From: Magallana gigas
Lineage: Eukaryota
DNA: 64,000 bases
Direction: 5' to 3'
Assembly: GCF_963853765.1 (NCBI RefSeq)
Contig: NC_088857.1
Location: forward strand, 31,868,001-31,932,000
Under the pieces are notes generated by a model. It was given only the letters and a program-made list of their open reading frames with translations. It was not told where the DNA came from and made no database searches. The number at the start of each line of letters is the position of its first letter. The first letter of the stretch is position 1. This document shows positions 1 to 16,172 of this stretch, one piece after another. The position numbers and the translations under genes are program-made.

Positions 1-1231
1 AAAGACAGAACATGTTTTGTGGGCCTAGAGTTTGTGAAACGTCTAATTATAAGAAGCATGATTTTTTTTTTTTCTTAAGCTCATGACGAAAATTTTACTC
101 CAAAAACGCTACATATACCTTTAATGTTTGTTAATTAGACAATATTTTTTAAACAAATTAAGAGATGTTTTGATATGACTTTAATGTTGATTAATTAGTG
201 AATATATTTGAAACTAATTAAGAGATGTTTTGATATACACGCTGATGTACATTTATGCATACATCGCTTATCATTAAATTATATGTTGTATATCTATGAG
301 TCCTTTATCAATCTAGAAAGCGTTTGATGTAGTTTTATTTTGTTGTAGATAAAACATGTTGATGATATACTTATATTGGTTAAACCAGTATCTGTCTTAA
401 TATTTTTATTTTTCAAGACTCAACTATTTGGTTATTTACGGGCTTACTTATAATCAGTAACAAATGTTTCGGTTTTCTTTTGGTTGTCTTTTATAACTCA
501 TTTTATCACATGGCATAGTGTTTATAATTTCGTTGTAAGGTGTACGGTGATTTTTCACAATAAAGAATTTGAAAACAAAGATGAGTTTAAATCTCGTTAT
601 AATAATTAAATAAAAACAACTAATTTACATGTATGTTTGTATAATTATGTAGTGTTAACTTCCCTTCAAATTATGATTTTTAAAATCAGATAGATACTTC
701 TGGTGTCACAGATAGGATAAATAAAACATACGTACACGAGTAAATAATATTCACAGGATGTGAACAAAGATAAACGCTTTAAAAAGTTTCCTTTATAAAG
801 TGTTGAAATTATAAGTTGTCATTGTTATCAAGCAAGGAAGTGCACATATGAAATGTTACTAGTCTTGCGCGAATCAAGAGGATTCCGGACTTGCGGTTTA
901 TTCGCAAAGAAAGACAACTCTCTCAGTATATCATAAATATGTACATATCGGTTCGTATGCATGTACGTAAATGTTTTATTATGTTCTTATAAAAAAGAAA
1001 CTAATATGAATAAGGTATTTGGGTATTCAATGTGATTTTTACTTTTATTTTTTTCTCTTTAAAATTTTTTTTTAGTGAAATTGCGAAATATCAGACACAA
1101 TACAGTATAGAATTGTTATGTCCCAAGTAGTTCGCCATACAAGATCGATCGAACGTAAATAAGAAACTAAAGCCAAAGGCAAAGGTGATAGTGGTTTTTT
1201 GAGAGAAAACATAATACAACAGGGTTTGACA

Positions 1232-4881
<3,650 letters not shown>

Positions 4882-5843
4882 GACCTAAAGTGTGACGTCA
4901 CTTGAATGGAAGTTTGAAAAACATCCTTCAACGACCAATTCCTGATGAACCAACCCGATGTAAAAGATAAACAAAAAAGCCAAAGAGTATTGATTTTAAT
5001 AAATCTATTGAAATTAGAAGAACTTAAAACCAACTTGGTTTTTATAATCAGTATATTTAAACCATAATTTTAATGCATTTTAATTGTACATATCATATAT
5101 TATATTACCTACTTCATACACAAAGACAAGATTTTAAGTTTGCTTTATATAATTATGATTTCCAGATAGTACTGATGGCACCATATTTAATCATCTATGT
5201 TCTCTGAACTCTGTTTGATACCAAAGTTTATTTTACACAAAGTGGCAAAATAATTCATTGATTTTAAATTCAGTAGAATTGTTTTATTTGATAAATAATC
5301 AAATCTTATGTTTTAATTACGATAATTTCAGCACTACATGCATAGAAGTGACCTTACATTTGGCATATATAATATATCAACACATCAACATATAATATAT
5401 CTGTGTTATATCTGTGACATAAAATATATATACATTGTATACATGTATTTAATTTACTTTTACTATGACAAAATATTGGCAATTCAACCTTTTTTTTATT
5501 GATTATTTTTTTTTCTTTTATTCTTCATGTTTTACTATTTCTAGTATACTTGTTAATTTTGTACATTTGTTTTGTATAATTAAGTTTACCTGTATGTTCA
5601 ATCTAAAGGATGAAATACAATCAATTCATGTAAACTATATGATTGTTCAAAATATCTATTAAAAATCAAGAATTATATTTGTTCCAAATGTCCTTTCTTT
5701 TTTTCTTGGAAAGTATATCCTGCACTGTATTGTAAAATTTGTAACACAAGATAAGATACATTAAAAGTTTGAAATCGAAAGCTATATAATAATTATATAT
5801 AAACAATTAAGTTTTAAAGTCTTTGATTTTGAACTGAAGATAC

Positions 5844-8800
5844 ATGCGCGATCGACCATTACAACCGTTTTCCCGTATTGTCCACACCTTTGACCTACGG
5901 TGAGTGAACTTAGGAAGTCATTTATCTTGGGTGACTTTAAAACATATAAACCAATTTCTTCACAGGTGTATCATATCACATCAAAGAAAAATATATATTT
6001 GACAGATCTGACAATTTATTTAATCAGTTAATTAACGTTCTTAAAACTATAAAAGTATTCTTATGACAAGTATTTGGTTGATGTACTAATAAATGTGAAT
6101 TATACAACTAACCAACCTATTTTGAATATTTAATCACATCTATGGGAGATCAATCGCCGAGTATACTGCAATATGATAATGTTGTGCAAACAGAGCGCGC
6201 CATCTATCGACCGTGTATTGTACGATGTGGGTTTTATTGTTTTAGGGTATGTATATACATAATTAGACTTCATACTCTACCATTCTGTTCCAACTTCTAC
6301 CAGTCGGAAAACTCATAAACCGTGTTCTATCTTGAGGTCGTCAGCTACTTGAATAATTTTGCTCATATCTATACCCAATATTCATTTGAATTTTATAATA
6401 ACAAGTAAGGTCAACACTAGAACACAGCTTCTCCAATTTATCAGTCAGACTTGCAAACTGCAAGGTGTAAGACGAATTGGGGGCGGTTCTCTCTAACTGC
6501 AATACAGTTGTCTTTGGGGAGAAGGGTCTTTTATACTGATCTCCAGCAAAGTGGCTTCTTCGGTTGTGATCGTATCAGGGGTTTCCAGCGCTGCCGCCAA
6601 TTCCACAGACGAAAACATTCAAGTGGACATCATGACAGAAAACTACGCAGAGTTCGGCAAATCGACGGACCGGTCTCCCATCGTGCCCGAAATCTCTATT
6701 CGAAGCTTTACTTTTCGTGTAACTGAAATCGCTTTAGGACTGGTTGCGTTTTTGGCTGTTGTTGTGTGCATAATATTAGGATCAATGGTCAGCTCTGGTG
6801 TAGGCAATGGCTCAGATTCACCGTCCACAAGCGCTCAAGTTGGTCAAAACCAATTATGTGTATCCCCTCCATGTCTTAAAAGCGCGTCCTATGTAGTTTC
6901 CAATCTCAATACTTCTGTCAAGCCCTGTGATAATTTCTATAAATATGCTTGTGGGCGTTTCAAGATTGAAAATCCTTTGGATCCCGAAACTTCTTCGAGA
7001 ACCGTATACAGTAATATGTATTACCATAATGAAGAGAAACTCAAGAAACTTCTTGAATCCCCCATCGTCCGTAGCCAGGACTATTCCACGGAGCGGAAGT
7101 TGAAGCATTATTTTTCGTCGTGCACTGATACTTACCGGAAAGAGCGTGCTAAGGGATCACCTTTGATCACTAAGGTAATTAACAACATCGGAGGCTGGTA
7201 TGTACTCGGAACCTTCAACAACAACTCCTTTGATTTCCACAATGCCTTTCGGAAGGTCTCTGTCGATTACTGGACGGCAGCTTTCTACACGTTCCGGGTG
7301 GCAACTGACTGGTATGACTGGCATAAGAGAGTCATCGAGGTAATTTTCAGATTTTCATTACAAAAATATTCTATTGTTTTATTTTTTGCGCATTGCTTAT
7401 GTATAAAAATACCATATTTTATATGACAGTTGGACTACGCTGGTATGTCAATGTTTTGGTATTACTATACGGAACCTTCAACTGAAAAGGTTGGTATTAC
7501 ATGTAGTTATTGGTTTTCTTCATTTTTGCGGAGTAAAATTTGCCATGATCGCTTTCTAGCTTTAACAATAAACTATCTATATCTTTTCCAACGAAAGTTA
7601 TTTTTTCAAACAAAACTCTTTTCCAACATCTATGTAGAATCCTCACTTTAGAAACTACATTTTGCAACATGAGTGAGCAATTAATTGTTAACGCATTACT
7701 GATGATACTTATTCCGATGTACAACTGGCTACGAAAAAATACTAACACAAAAGATGCGAACTTATAAACTAAATTTGTAAGATTGTTTCTTTAGTATAGA
7801 AATGATATGAAGACATTCATGAGGCGTCTGGCGAATTTCCTCGTCAGAGATTCGAATATAACTTTGGACAACAATACGAAAAACGCACGTATAGAGACCT
7901 TTATCAATGACGCCTTCACCATAGAGATGAATCTAGCCAATGTAAGTACATGTATAATCCTAATTTGAAATTTGAAATAGATTTTACAGGATTATTTTTT
8001 ATAAACATGTATTAATTTTTTATGTTATTAAGAACAATGTTTTAATGGTTTAAATATATACGGTACTCATTACAAAATTTCAGATCACAAAGAACACAAT
8101 GCCAACGTCGGATCCCCACGCATACGAGAAGAGGGTGTCTATTTCTGACCTCAATACCATGCTTGGTACAGAGGTGGGTGTCCTATCAGTATGTGAGTCC
8201 ATTGTGATATGGAAGACACCCACTTAAGAGAACGCAATCTGTTAATGTATTTAGCATCATTTCTTTTTTAGATTGACTTCGCCACCCATATCCAATACAT
8301 GTTTAACGACGCCAATGTTGGTCCGTCCACAAAAATTGTTTTACGAGAAGCTGATTGGTTGAAAAAGATGAATGACATGATAGGGTCATTGGGGGCCAAT
8401 AAGACAAGGTATTTCGTAGTTTTTTTTTATAATGATATAGTTACACATTAAACAACCAATGCATCTTTCGTGTTAATAATTTTAGTTTAAACACTTAAAC
8501 ATGCCATCTCACTGATAAAGTATCTTGTAAATGAATGACAAAATAATTCTAAAGTTGGTGTTGAATAATGTAATAAAGTGATGTATAATATATTCATCAA
8601 ATGTAAATCTGTAATGGGTGATATCATATAGCAATGTAACTGAGTGTGCGAAATATGATTATATATAATAATTAGCTGTAAGTTGCCGAAAGATAGGACA
8701 ATACCATATAACATAACCTTTTACATGTAAACTTGTAAAGTAAAAAAATGTATAACCATGCGACAGAATGTTGAACAACTACCTGGTCTGGAAGGTGATG

Positions 8801-11800
8801 GATCGCTATGACGTAGAACTTTCCTGGGAGTACGTCCACGCCAGCCGCGAGTTCTACGTAGATAGGTACGGTATCCCGCAGTTCCTGGGAACCTGGCTTT
8901 ACTGTTTCCAAAACATGGATCGGTACCTTGGAGACGCGCTTAGTTCAATGTATGTCAGGGACCATTTCGCTGATAAAAATAAGGAAAAGGTGAGTTGACA
9001 TTTTTAACTCCCTCTTTGTCTTTCCTGTATAATTTTGACCTCCTTTTCATCTTTATCTTTTTTTTTGCGCAGGCTCATGAGATTCTGGACTATGTAAAGG
9101 AGGCATTGATTGACAGCACCATGCAAAACACGTTCATGGATGATGCTACAAAAGCCAGAGCGAAAGCCAAGGTAAGATTGTGTATGGCTATGCTGTTTAT
9201 CGTCTTGCATTTGACTTTGCGGACGATTCACCTCCAGGACAAATAATGAAGGAACTGGTTTTTTTATATGATGTTTAATATTTTTACTTATATGTGATTC
9301 ATTAATCCGTATTCATTTTTTACCCGAACGATTTTATTGGAAATAAAGGGGTTGGATTTATGAGGTTCTAATCCATTTCACACTTTGTTAACAGTTTACA
9401 GTGAACCAGTCTTTAATCTGTGAATGTTCTGTTAAAATCCGATCGCGAATGAGGATTTTACAACGGTTTCGATTTAGAAATTATTGAGTGCTATTGTTAA
9501 AATTTTACGATTTGAAATCTATAAAACGGTGGTTATATTTTCACCATATTGTGTTGTTAATCTTCATTAAAATACAATGTATAAGTGTCTCATACCACTT
9601 TAACATTGTTCAAAAACTGTTTTATCAATTTATCTGTTTAACAGATGCAAGGAAGCTTGGACAAACTTGGCTATCCAGATTTTATGATGAATGACGCGGC
9701 AATGGACAACCTGTACAGTAGTGTAAGTGTCAAAGTCTTCACGTAAGCTAGTTTTAACAAAAATATTTTTGCAGAGACTAACAATGCTATCCTTTTTTTA
9801 CAATGTGCACATTATTCGAATAAATAAAACTTCCTACTTACAATTAGTTGTTTTCACAATAAAAGCGTTTTTGATAATAAAATTTAAGTTCAATCTACAG
9901 TTAAAAACGGTTATAGCGAAGTGCCATGATACCAAGTGGTTTTGATTAGTTAATATACACTATACACGCATATCGCTATATAAAATTGAAAAAGGCTTCG
10001 CTGATGGCGTGATTTGGTTTTAAATGTTCTGCTGTAACCGTGTCATATCATGTTTTCAGTTTTAAGTTCTAACTACACCACATTTCCATGTATCACGTCC
10101 AAACCTTTCATAAAATCTTCCAGCTCAACGTGGACCAGTATGACTATTTCGGAAACCTCCTGAGCGTGAACAACTACATACAGAAGTCGTGGAACAAGAA
10201 ACTGAAGAACCACGTGAACAAAGAAGAGGAGTGGGTGTACCGGACGTACGACACCTTCATGTCTTACTACAACCCCTGGAACGAGCTGCTGGTGCCCGCC
10301 GGACTCCTTCAGTTCCCGTTCTACGACTACACGCTCCCTCACTTCATGAACTTTGGCTCTATGGGAAGCGTTATAGCTCACCATCTTGTCCATGGCATCG
10401 ATCACTCAGGTATTTAGTTCTCATACTAAGGTTTCATGAATGATTGTATTAATTTCATCATTTGATTGATTAATCGTATGTTAGAATAACTTTTCTTCAT
10501 GCTCGGAACAACATGTATCAGAAATTATAATTTACTTCTTTTGAATAGGTTGTTTTACAATTCATGTGAATGTTGCGTTCAAATTCAAAACGTACATGAT
10601 TATCAATACACCACATTGGGGTTCTTTCACCTTCAGGGGGATACTACAATGTGGAAGGCGTCTTTGAGGATTGGTGGAGCAACCAGACGACCAACAAGTG
10701 GATAGACGCCAAGAAGTGTGTGGAGAACTACTACAACAACCAGAGTATGGGTCCATTCACCATCCCAGGACAGACCATTCCTATCAAGGTATGTAGTATT
10801 GCCCTAGACAATTAGAGCAAAAGTGCTTTGTTCTGTGTTCCGAAACTACTTTTCATATTGCTGTGTGAATACATGGGTTTCCGTTTTACATATGATCTTA
10901 TAGAAAGAAATTTTATTAAACAAATACACCAGTTATTCAATTTTAATGTAGGACTTGTTAATCGCTCTTCAACGATACGTTGTAAAGATTTAACAACATC
11001 CTGTTTGAGTCACCTCAGAGCCTATATTTTTATTCTTATCATGTGTCTATGTTCAGGTACCAGTCAATGGATTAAGATGGTCAGCAGAAGCAATGGCTGA
11101 AACTAGTGGAGTCCAGATAGCTTACAAGGTAAACATCCTTATTTACAAACCAACTGATTTCTATCATATCTACGGTACAGTAAGGTTCACTTATTCATTA
11201 ATCAAATGATGCTAGGGATTTTATATGCATTGAACTGGGTGGAATTTATTACTTGTATTTTGTTTTGAAGGCTTACAAGAAATGGGTTCAGAAAAACGGT
11301 GGAGAGAAACTGGCTCCTGGATTAGGTCTGACCAACGACCAGATGTTCTTTGTCTCATATGCGCAGGTATACAGTTGAATGCATGTATCAACCAAAGCTA
11401 ACAATTATCGTATACTGTATATATATGTGTACATATAAAAATAAGTACATGTACATGTATAATGTCCGGGTATGTTCAAATCGAGTCCTTTTGAATTATC
11501 TTGATATGTAATAAACAAATGTTTATTTTGAAAATACCTCTTTTTAAGAAATTGATATTTTAGGTCTATTGAGTGATTCTACCGTTAAACATTAATTTTG
11601 ATTTTTTTACCCTCAGGCTAGCTGCTACAATAGAAATGACAATGTCGCCTATTACAACGCCGTCCGAGGAACAGTGTCAGAAGACATTAGGTAAAATAGA
11701 ACAGAACAATCGGCTTTTTTATTACTTTGTTCATCTGTTCATTTTGGAAAAAAAGCAAAATACGCTATCTTTGAAAAAAATTAAATGGTTGTGAAAAAAA

Positions 11801-11926
11801 AGAAATTTACGTTTCTTTTGCAGAACAAACAGTGCCTTGGCACAGATTAAGGAATTCTCAACAGCATTTAACTGTCCAGCAAAGACGGCCATGAATGCGG
11901 AAGTTAAGTGTGCCATGTATGGATAG
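5844..11926 (+). CDS. Neprilysin/ECE-like M13 family type II membrane protein, copy A, predicted non-catalytic; 821 aa from ATG 5844 or 774 aa from ATG 6632; exons 5844-5899, 6547-7339, 7430-7489, 7795-7941, 8084-8173, 8272-8408, 8767-8989, 9073-9171, 9645-9722, 10124-10409, 10637-10788, 11057-11128, 11271-11366, 11617-11690, 11824-11926
   Basis: All junctions are GT-AG and in frame (2466 nt). N-terminal TM (IALGLVAFLAVVVCIILG), CVSPPC...KPCDNFYKYACG, LGYPD, VPAGLLQFPFY, NFGSMGSVIAHHLVHGID and FNCP..MN..KC match M13 motifs. Exon 1 (5844-5899) is less certain than the rest. Confidence 0.9.
6380..6472 (+). promoter_or_regulatory. Candidate internal promoter and short non-coding exon of M13 (AT-rich box, TCAGTC initiator-like motif 6441-6446, GTAAGA donor 6467)
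   Basis: These motifs and the downstream acceptor (6546) are conserved in all three M13 copies (e.g. TCAGTC 47648, GTAAGA 47674, AG 47743). Confidence 0.4.
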
Positions 11927-13096
11927 AACCAAAAACGGATCCATTTCAATGCAAAAAGTATTACAAACGTCACGTGAAATCATCTGCACACATCAAGTGT
12001 TGGGAATGAAGTTTGCAAGAATAAACTTAAACATTTTGTGAATTGTTTTCAAAACTCACTCCAATTTACACAATTCTAAGCATATATGTATATGATCGTT
12101 TTAATGCCTATATAAAGCATTGTCCATGATATACCCGGTCTACTCAATATTGGTAATTAAATATAAACGCGTGCATTGCATACCCACATTCCTATTATTA
12201 TTTTTTAATAGCGGTGCTAGAGTTATAATATACAATCATATATGAACATGTATATAATAATAAATCTTTATTAAGATACTCTATTCTTAATCCTGACAAA
12301 CCGTATATGTGATTTCTATTACACATTCTCAGGACATTGTACAGGAATTTCAAATAAATTTTTGAAATGTTAATTTGTGTTTTAGTATTCTGTTAATTTT
12401 TATTATTAAAACTAAGTTAAATCAAACATCTTCAACAGTATTTTTAATTTCTAAACTCGTCAATTTTCTGTACTCAGCCACACAAAAACAATGAAGTAAT
12501 ATTAACCACCCTGTCAGCCTCTTGAAGCCATGCATGTTTTTGTGTTTGTACAATTTCAATCAAAGATTGAAAAGATATTTGAAACCGTAAATAAAAATTT
12601 GGCTTGTAAAATCGGTCCCCTTATATACGCTATAAAAGGGTATCCTTTAAAAGTAATTTAACAACTGTTATATATATATTGACAATTTTATTAAGTTAAC
12701 ATAATGGCGCCATATTGAGGATCACAAATGCGCCATACCTCTTCACAAGAGTCAGTTGCCCATGAACTAACAAAAACAATGTGCTAAATGTTCAATATGA
12801 AAACTAGCTACAACTTAAGTCTCTTCATGCGAGAAAGCTCCGAGACCATGCGAGGATCCAGAATTTTTTCAAAAGTGGGTCCAAGGGATAATTATATTGT
12901 TTTGCCGAGGGTAAGGGAGGTTGATATAGGCCTATTTTCTATAATTTTACTGAGTGAATTTAATAATTCTGAGTTACCCAGGTGGGGACCGGATCGACCC
13001 CTTCTTCCTCCCTAGATTCGAGCATGAGGTCTGTAGCTCTACAGAAAAAAGCCGAAAAGATACAGCTCCTCATATAAAGAAATAAAATTTACGACA

Positions 13097-13269
13097 CACA
13101 GTAATGGTATTTAAATCTAGCATATATACTATTTTTTAAACAATGCATATTTATTAACATAAAGTCGCTTATAACTCATATGAGCCTACGCCAATCGTTC
13201 AGGAGCACAAGTCTACAGTGTAGTTATATAATTAGAACAATATTGATACATGTATTTCTATTGCTGCAA
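13097..13269 (+). repeat. ~170-bp diverged direct repeat, left of channel block A (partner 19263-19427; unit B copies 39503-39674 and ~44995-45154)
   Basis: Shared TAATGGTATT..AATGCATATT..TAACTCATATGAGCCTACG(C/T)CAATCGTTCAGGAGCACAAGTCTA..ATATTGATAC(A/G)TGTATTTCTATTGCTGCAA. Confidence 0.75.
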
Positions 13270-13359
13270 ATAAAAAGCTGGGTAAAGTTTTTTTTCTATT
13301 TGTAAAAAACTTCAAATTTAATTCTTTCTTACATTGTACATATACAATTTGTTATCAAT

Positions 13360-13866
13360 ACTATAATTATACATGTACTCTCACATTTTTTTCCTTTGCA
13401 GAGCCTTTTAGATAGTTAAGTTTTGCTATCCAGCAATTGGAATTGGCATTTGGACACAATTATTAAGAATAATTCTCACACTTTTAAGAGTCCTTAAGAG
13501 AGATAAATGAAATTTAGCTATCTGCTAAATTGAATTGTCAATTTGACAAAATTAACGCCATTTCCGTAAAGACAAATACATTTATTCAGACTTGGCCTAA
13601 CTTAATTACAATAAAAGTGTTTGGTGGACCAATTATTGATATTGTATCATAATATTTTAGAGCCCCTAATAAGATAGAATAATGATATTAGGCTATCTGC
13701 TTATTAATTTGAAGTGCTACTTTGACAAATTATAAAGTATTACATGTATACTCGCACATTTTTTAAGAGCCCTTAAGAGAGATTTCTTAAGACGAATTAA
13801 TTGAATTTGGCTATCATCCAATTTGAATTGCCATTTTGACAAAATTATAAAGTATAATTCTCACAC
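13360..13866. repeat. Degenerate ~90-100-bp tandem repeat (GCTATC..AATTGAATTG(C/T)CA(A/T)TT(T)GACAAAATT..TCACAC..AGAGCCCTTAAGAGAGA)
   Basis: About four degenerate recurrences; paralogue at ~39760-40260. Confidence 0.45.
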
Positions 13867-13875
13867 AAATTCATG

Positions 13876-14021
13876 TAAGAAATATTGTAATTTTAGGACG
13901 GGTAATGCTAAATAACCTATTGAGATAGGTAGATGGTTTAATATTCCTGGAGTAAACAGAATTTGTAAATTATGTGCCTGCAATGAAATTGGGGATAAAT
14001 TTCACTATCTTTTCAAATGTA

Positions 14022-14104
<83 letters not shown>

Positions 14105-14256
14105 AGTTCAAGGGTTATATGTTTACCAAAATATTTCATAAGAAATCCAAATGTTGTGTTAAATTTGAAACACTGTTTAATGTCACAAACATAAACCAAC
14201 TTACCAATATTTGTAAACTATTATATACTATATTTTAGAGAGTTAGCTCTCTTGGT
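13876..14256 (+). mobile_element. LINE (non-LTR retrotransposon) ORF2 3' fragment, degenerate
   Basis: Translates FRTGNAK*PIEIGRWFNIPGVNRICKLCACNEIGDKFHYLFKC...LPKYFIRNP, the C-terminal CCHC region typical of LINE ORF2; interrupted by (AT)39. Confidence 0.8.
14025..14102. repeat. (AT)39 microsatellite
   Basis: Direct read; only a few units at the paralogous site ~40431-40440. Confidence 0.95.
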
Positions 14257-14442
14257 AAAATTTACCTATTTACCGCCATTTGTTTAAAGATCAGCATATT
14301 TTGTCGTACTTAGCACATCTTACTTAAAGATATGATAAAATACCATGTTGGACCAATTTGTGATAGTTTGTTTTCTTAATTTATATGACTTTAAAAGAGA
14401 ATTATATAAAAATTGGCCGTTGGCCATTTTCATCGCCTTTTT

Positions 14443-15060
14443 GGGAGTAGATTGTAATCAACTCTCCTATGCAATTACTCAGACAAACCAAAAGTGAAAC
14501 AGTGTTTGGACCTCAGCACAAATCATTGCTGCTGACAAGACTCAGTTCTTGGAAATAATTGATAAATTCGATGTCATGTATGCTAAAGCATTGTTTTTCA
14601 AGGAAACTTATTTATAAATACCTTGAAAAAAGTCAGATTTTAAATGGTACGAACAATTTAAATATTTTTGTAGTCGTATGTATTCCTACGCCAGAGTTCA
14701 ATATACGACGCTCGGCTGTCTCCGTAAATCCCTGTCAGAGATTTACAGTGTCAGCCGAGCGTTTGGTTGAACGAGACTAGAGTTCAATATTGCTTGGATC
14801 CATACAATTTTCGAGAAATATTTCTATTACTGATACATAGTTTGATTGAATTGATTTTATCTTTAAATATTATTTAACATGATTCATATGGGGGTTTCTC
14901 GACATTCTTGTCGAAAATGTCCAAAAATTCATATTACAAAAATGTTCGTAATTCAAATTAGAAACAACATGTACTTGTCATGGAAAATAACATATCATTG
15001 ATTTTAAAATAAATAAACATGGACAAAATCAACTCCCGTCAGTTCTTCCGTACTTTGATT
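14443..15060 (+). mobile_element. Non-autonomous DNA element with sub-terminal IR and internal hairpin (possibly Helentron-associated)
   Basis: 5' GGGAGTAGATT, 3' AAAATCAACTCCC-GTCAGTTCTTCCGTACTTTGATT, internal palindrome CGCTCGGCTGTCTCCGTAAATC...GATTTACAGTGTCAGCCGAGCG, T-rich flanks. Absent at the paralogous site (~40770); second copy at 17574-18167. Confidence 0.65.
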
Positions 15061-16172
15061 TAACCTTTACTACCGCCATATTTTCTCGTAGCCAGCATAA
15101 AGATTTTTTTATTGACGGAGATGGGTAAGAACGTTAGAAGGTTTGTGAAGTTTGCATAACCGATGACCCTAAAGAAATATTAGCCACTTAATTAACAGTA
15201 CTTTTGAAGGCAACATAACCTAGAAATGCGCCTTCAGATCAAAACAGACAATATCTAATATAAATTTAACGATGTGATACATTAACCTGTAAACCTGGAA
15301 ATATCAAATAAAGAGCAGATAATTGTCGCATAAATGCTGCTGGGATAATTAGCACTCATTCAAAAATTTAAAACAGAGAAGAAAAAAGCATATGGTTGTA
15401 GCAATTTAAAAAACATTGGAAGTTTCAGGCACAAAGTTGTTGACGCATGCCTCGTCCGGAGACACAAACTGGTAAAAAAAAATCTATAGTTATAGAAATA
15501 CAATTAGTATTGAAATCTTAGCTTAAATATGACTTTTCAATCTATATTTGGAGTGAGAATACCTACAATGTAGGCATTAAATGAAAAATTATGAAAGAAA
15601 TTTTCTAGAACACTAATGTCATAGAATCTGTGGTTTATGTTGAATATCTGTGCTATGAAGTAAAATGTCATTTTGTACAAATGTGCAATTTGATCAGAAA
15701 GTTTTATAAATTTAGCTGCAGATTGACTCGTGAAAGGTTTTTTTTTGGTCCTGACATTTGCCACGCAACTATTGATGATCAAATTAACAAACCATTTTCA
15801 AATATTTGAATTTAATGAAGTTAAAATTAAAGTTTCTGATTATAAGATTTATCATTTTGAAAAGTTGTATGATAGATTTGCATTTTGATTGTAAAACCGT
15901 ATCAAATGCCTTTCTGCTTTAAAGTATGTACTGATTTTAGTATTTGAGTTTATATGGAGAGAGAGAGATAGTGCATAAATGTCATATTATGTGAGCAAAA
16001 AGTACGTTATTTTCTTTAACGATCGGAGAAAAAAAAGGCACGTAAACAGGAAACAAGTGCGATAGCTGCATTAATTAGTTTTCATTTGTTTCCTTATTTG
16101 GTAAATGATATTAATTGTATATCAAACGATGAGCTCGTCTACAGTGAATACATCACTGCTTTTGGGAGAACA

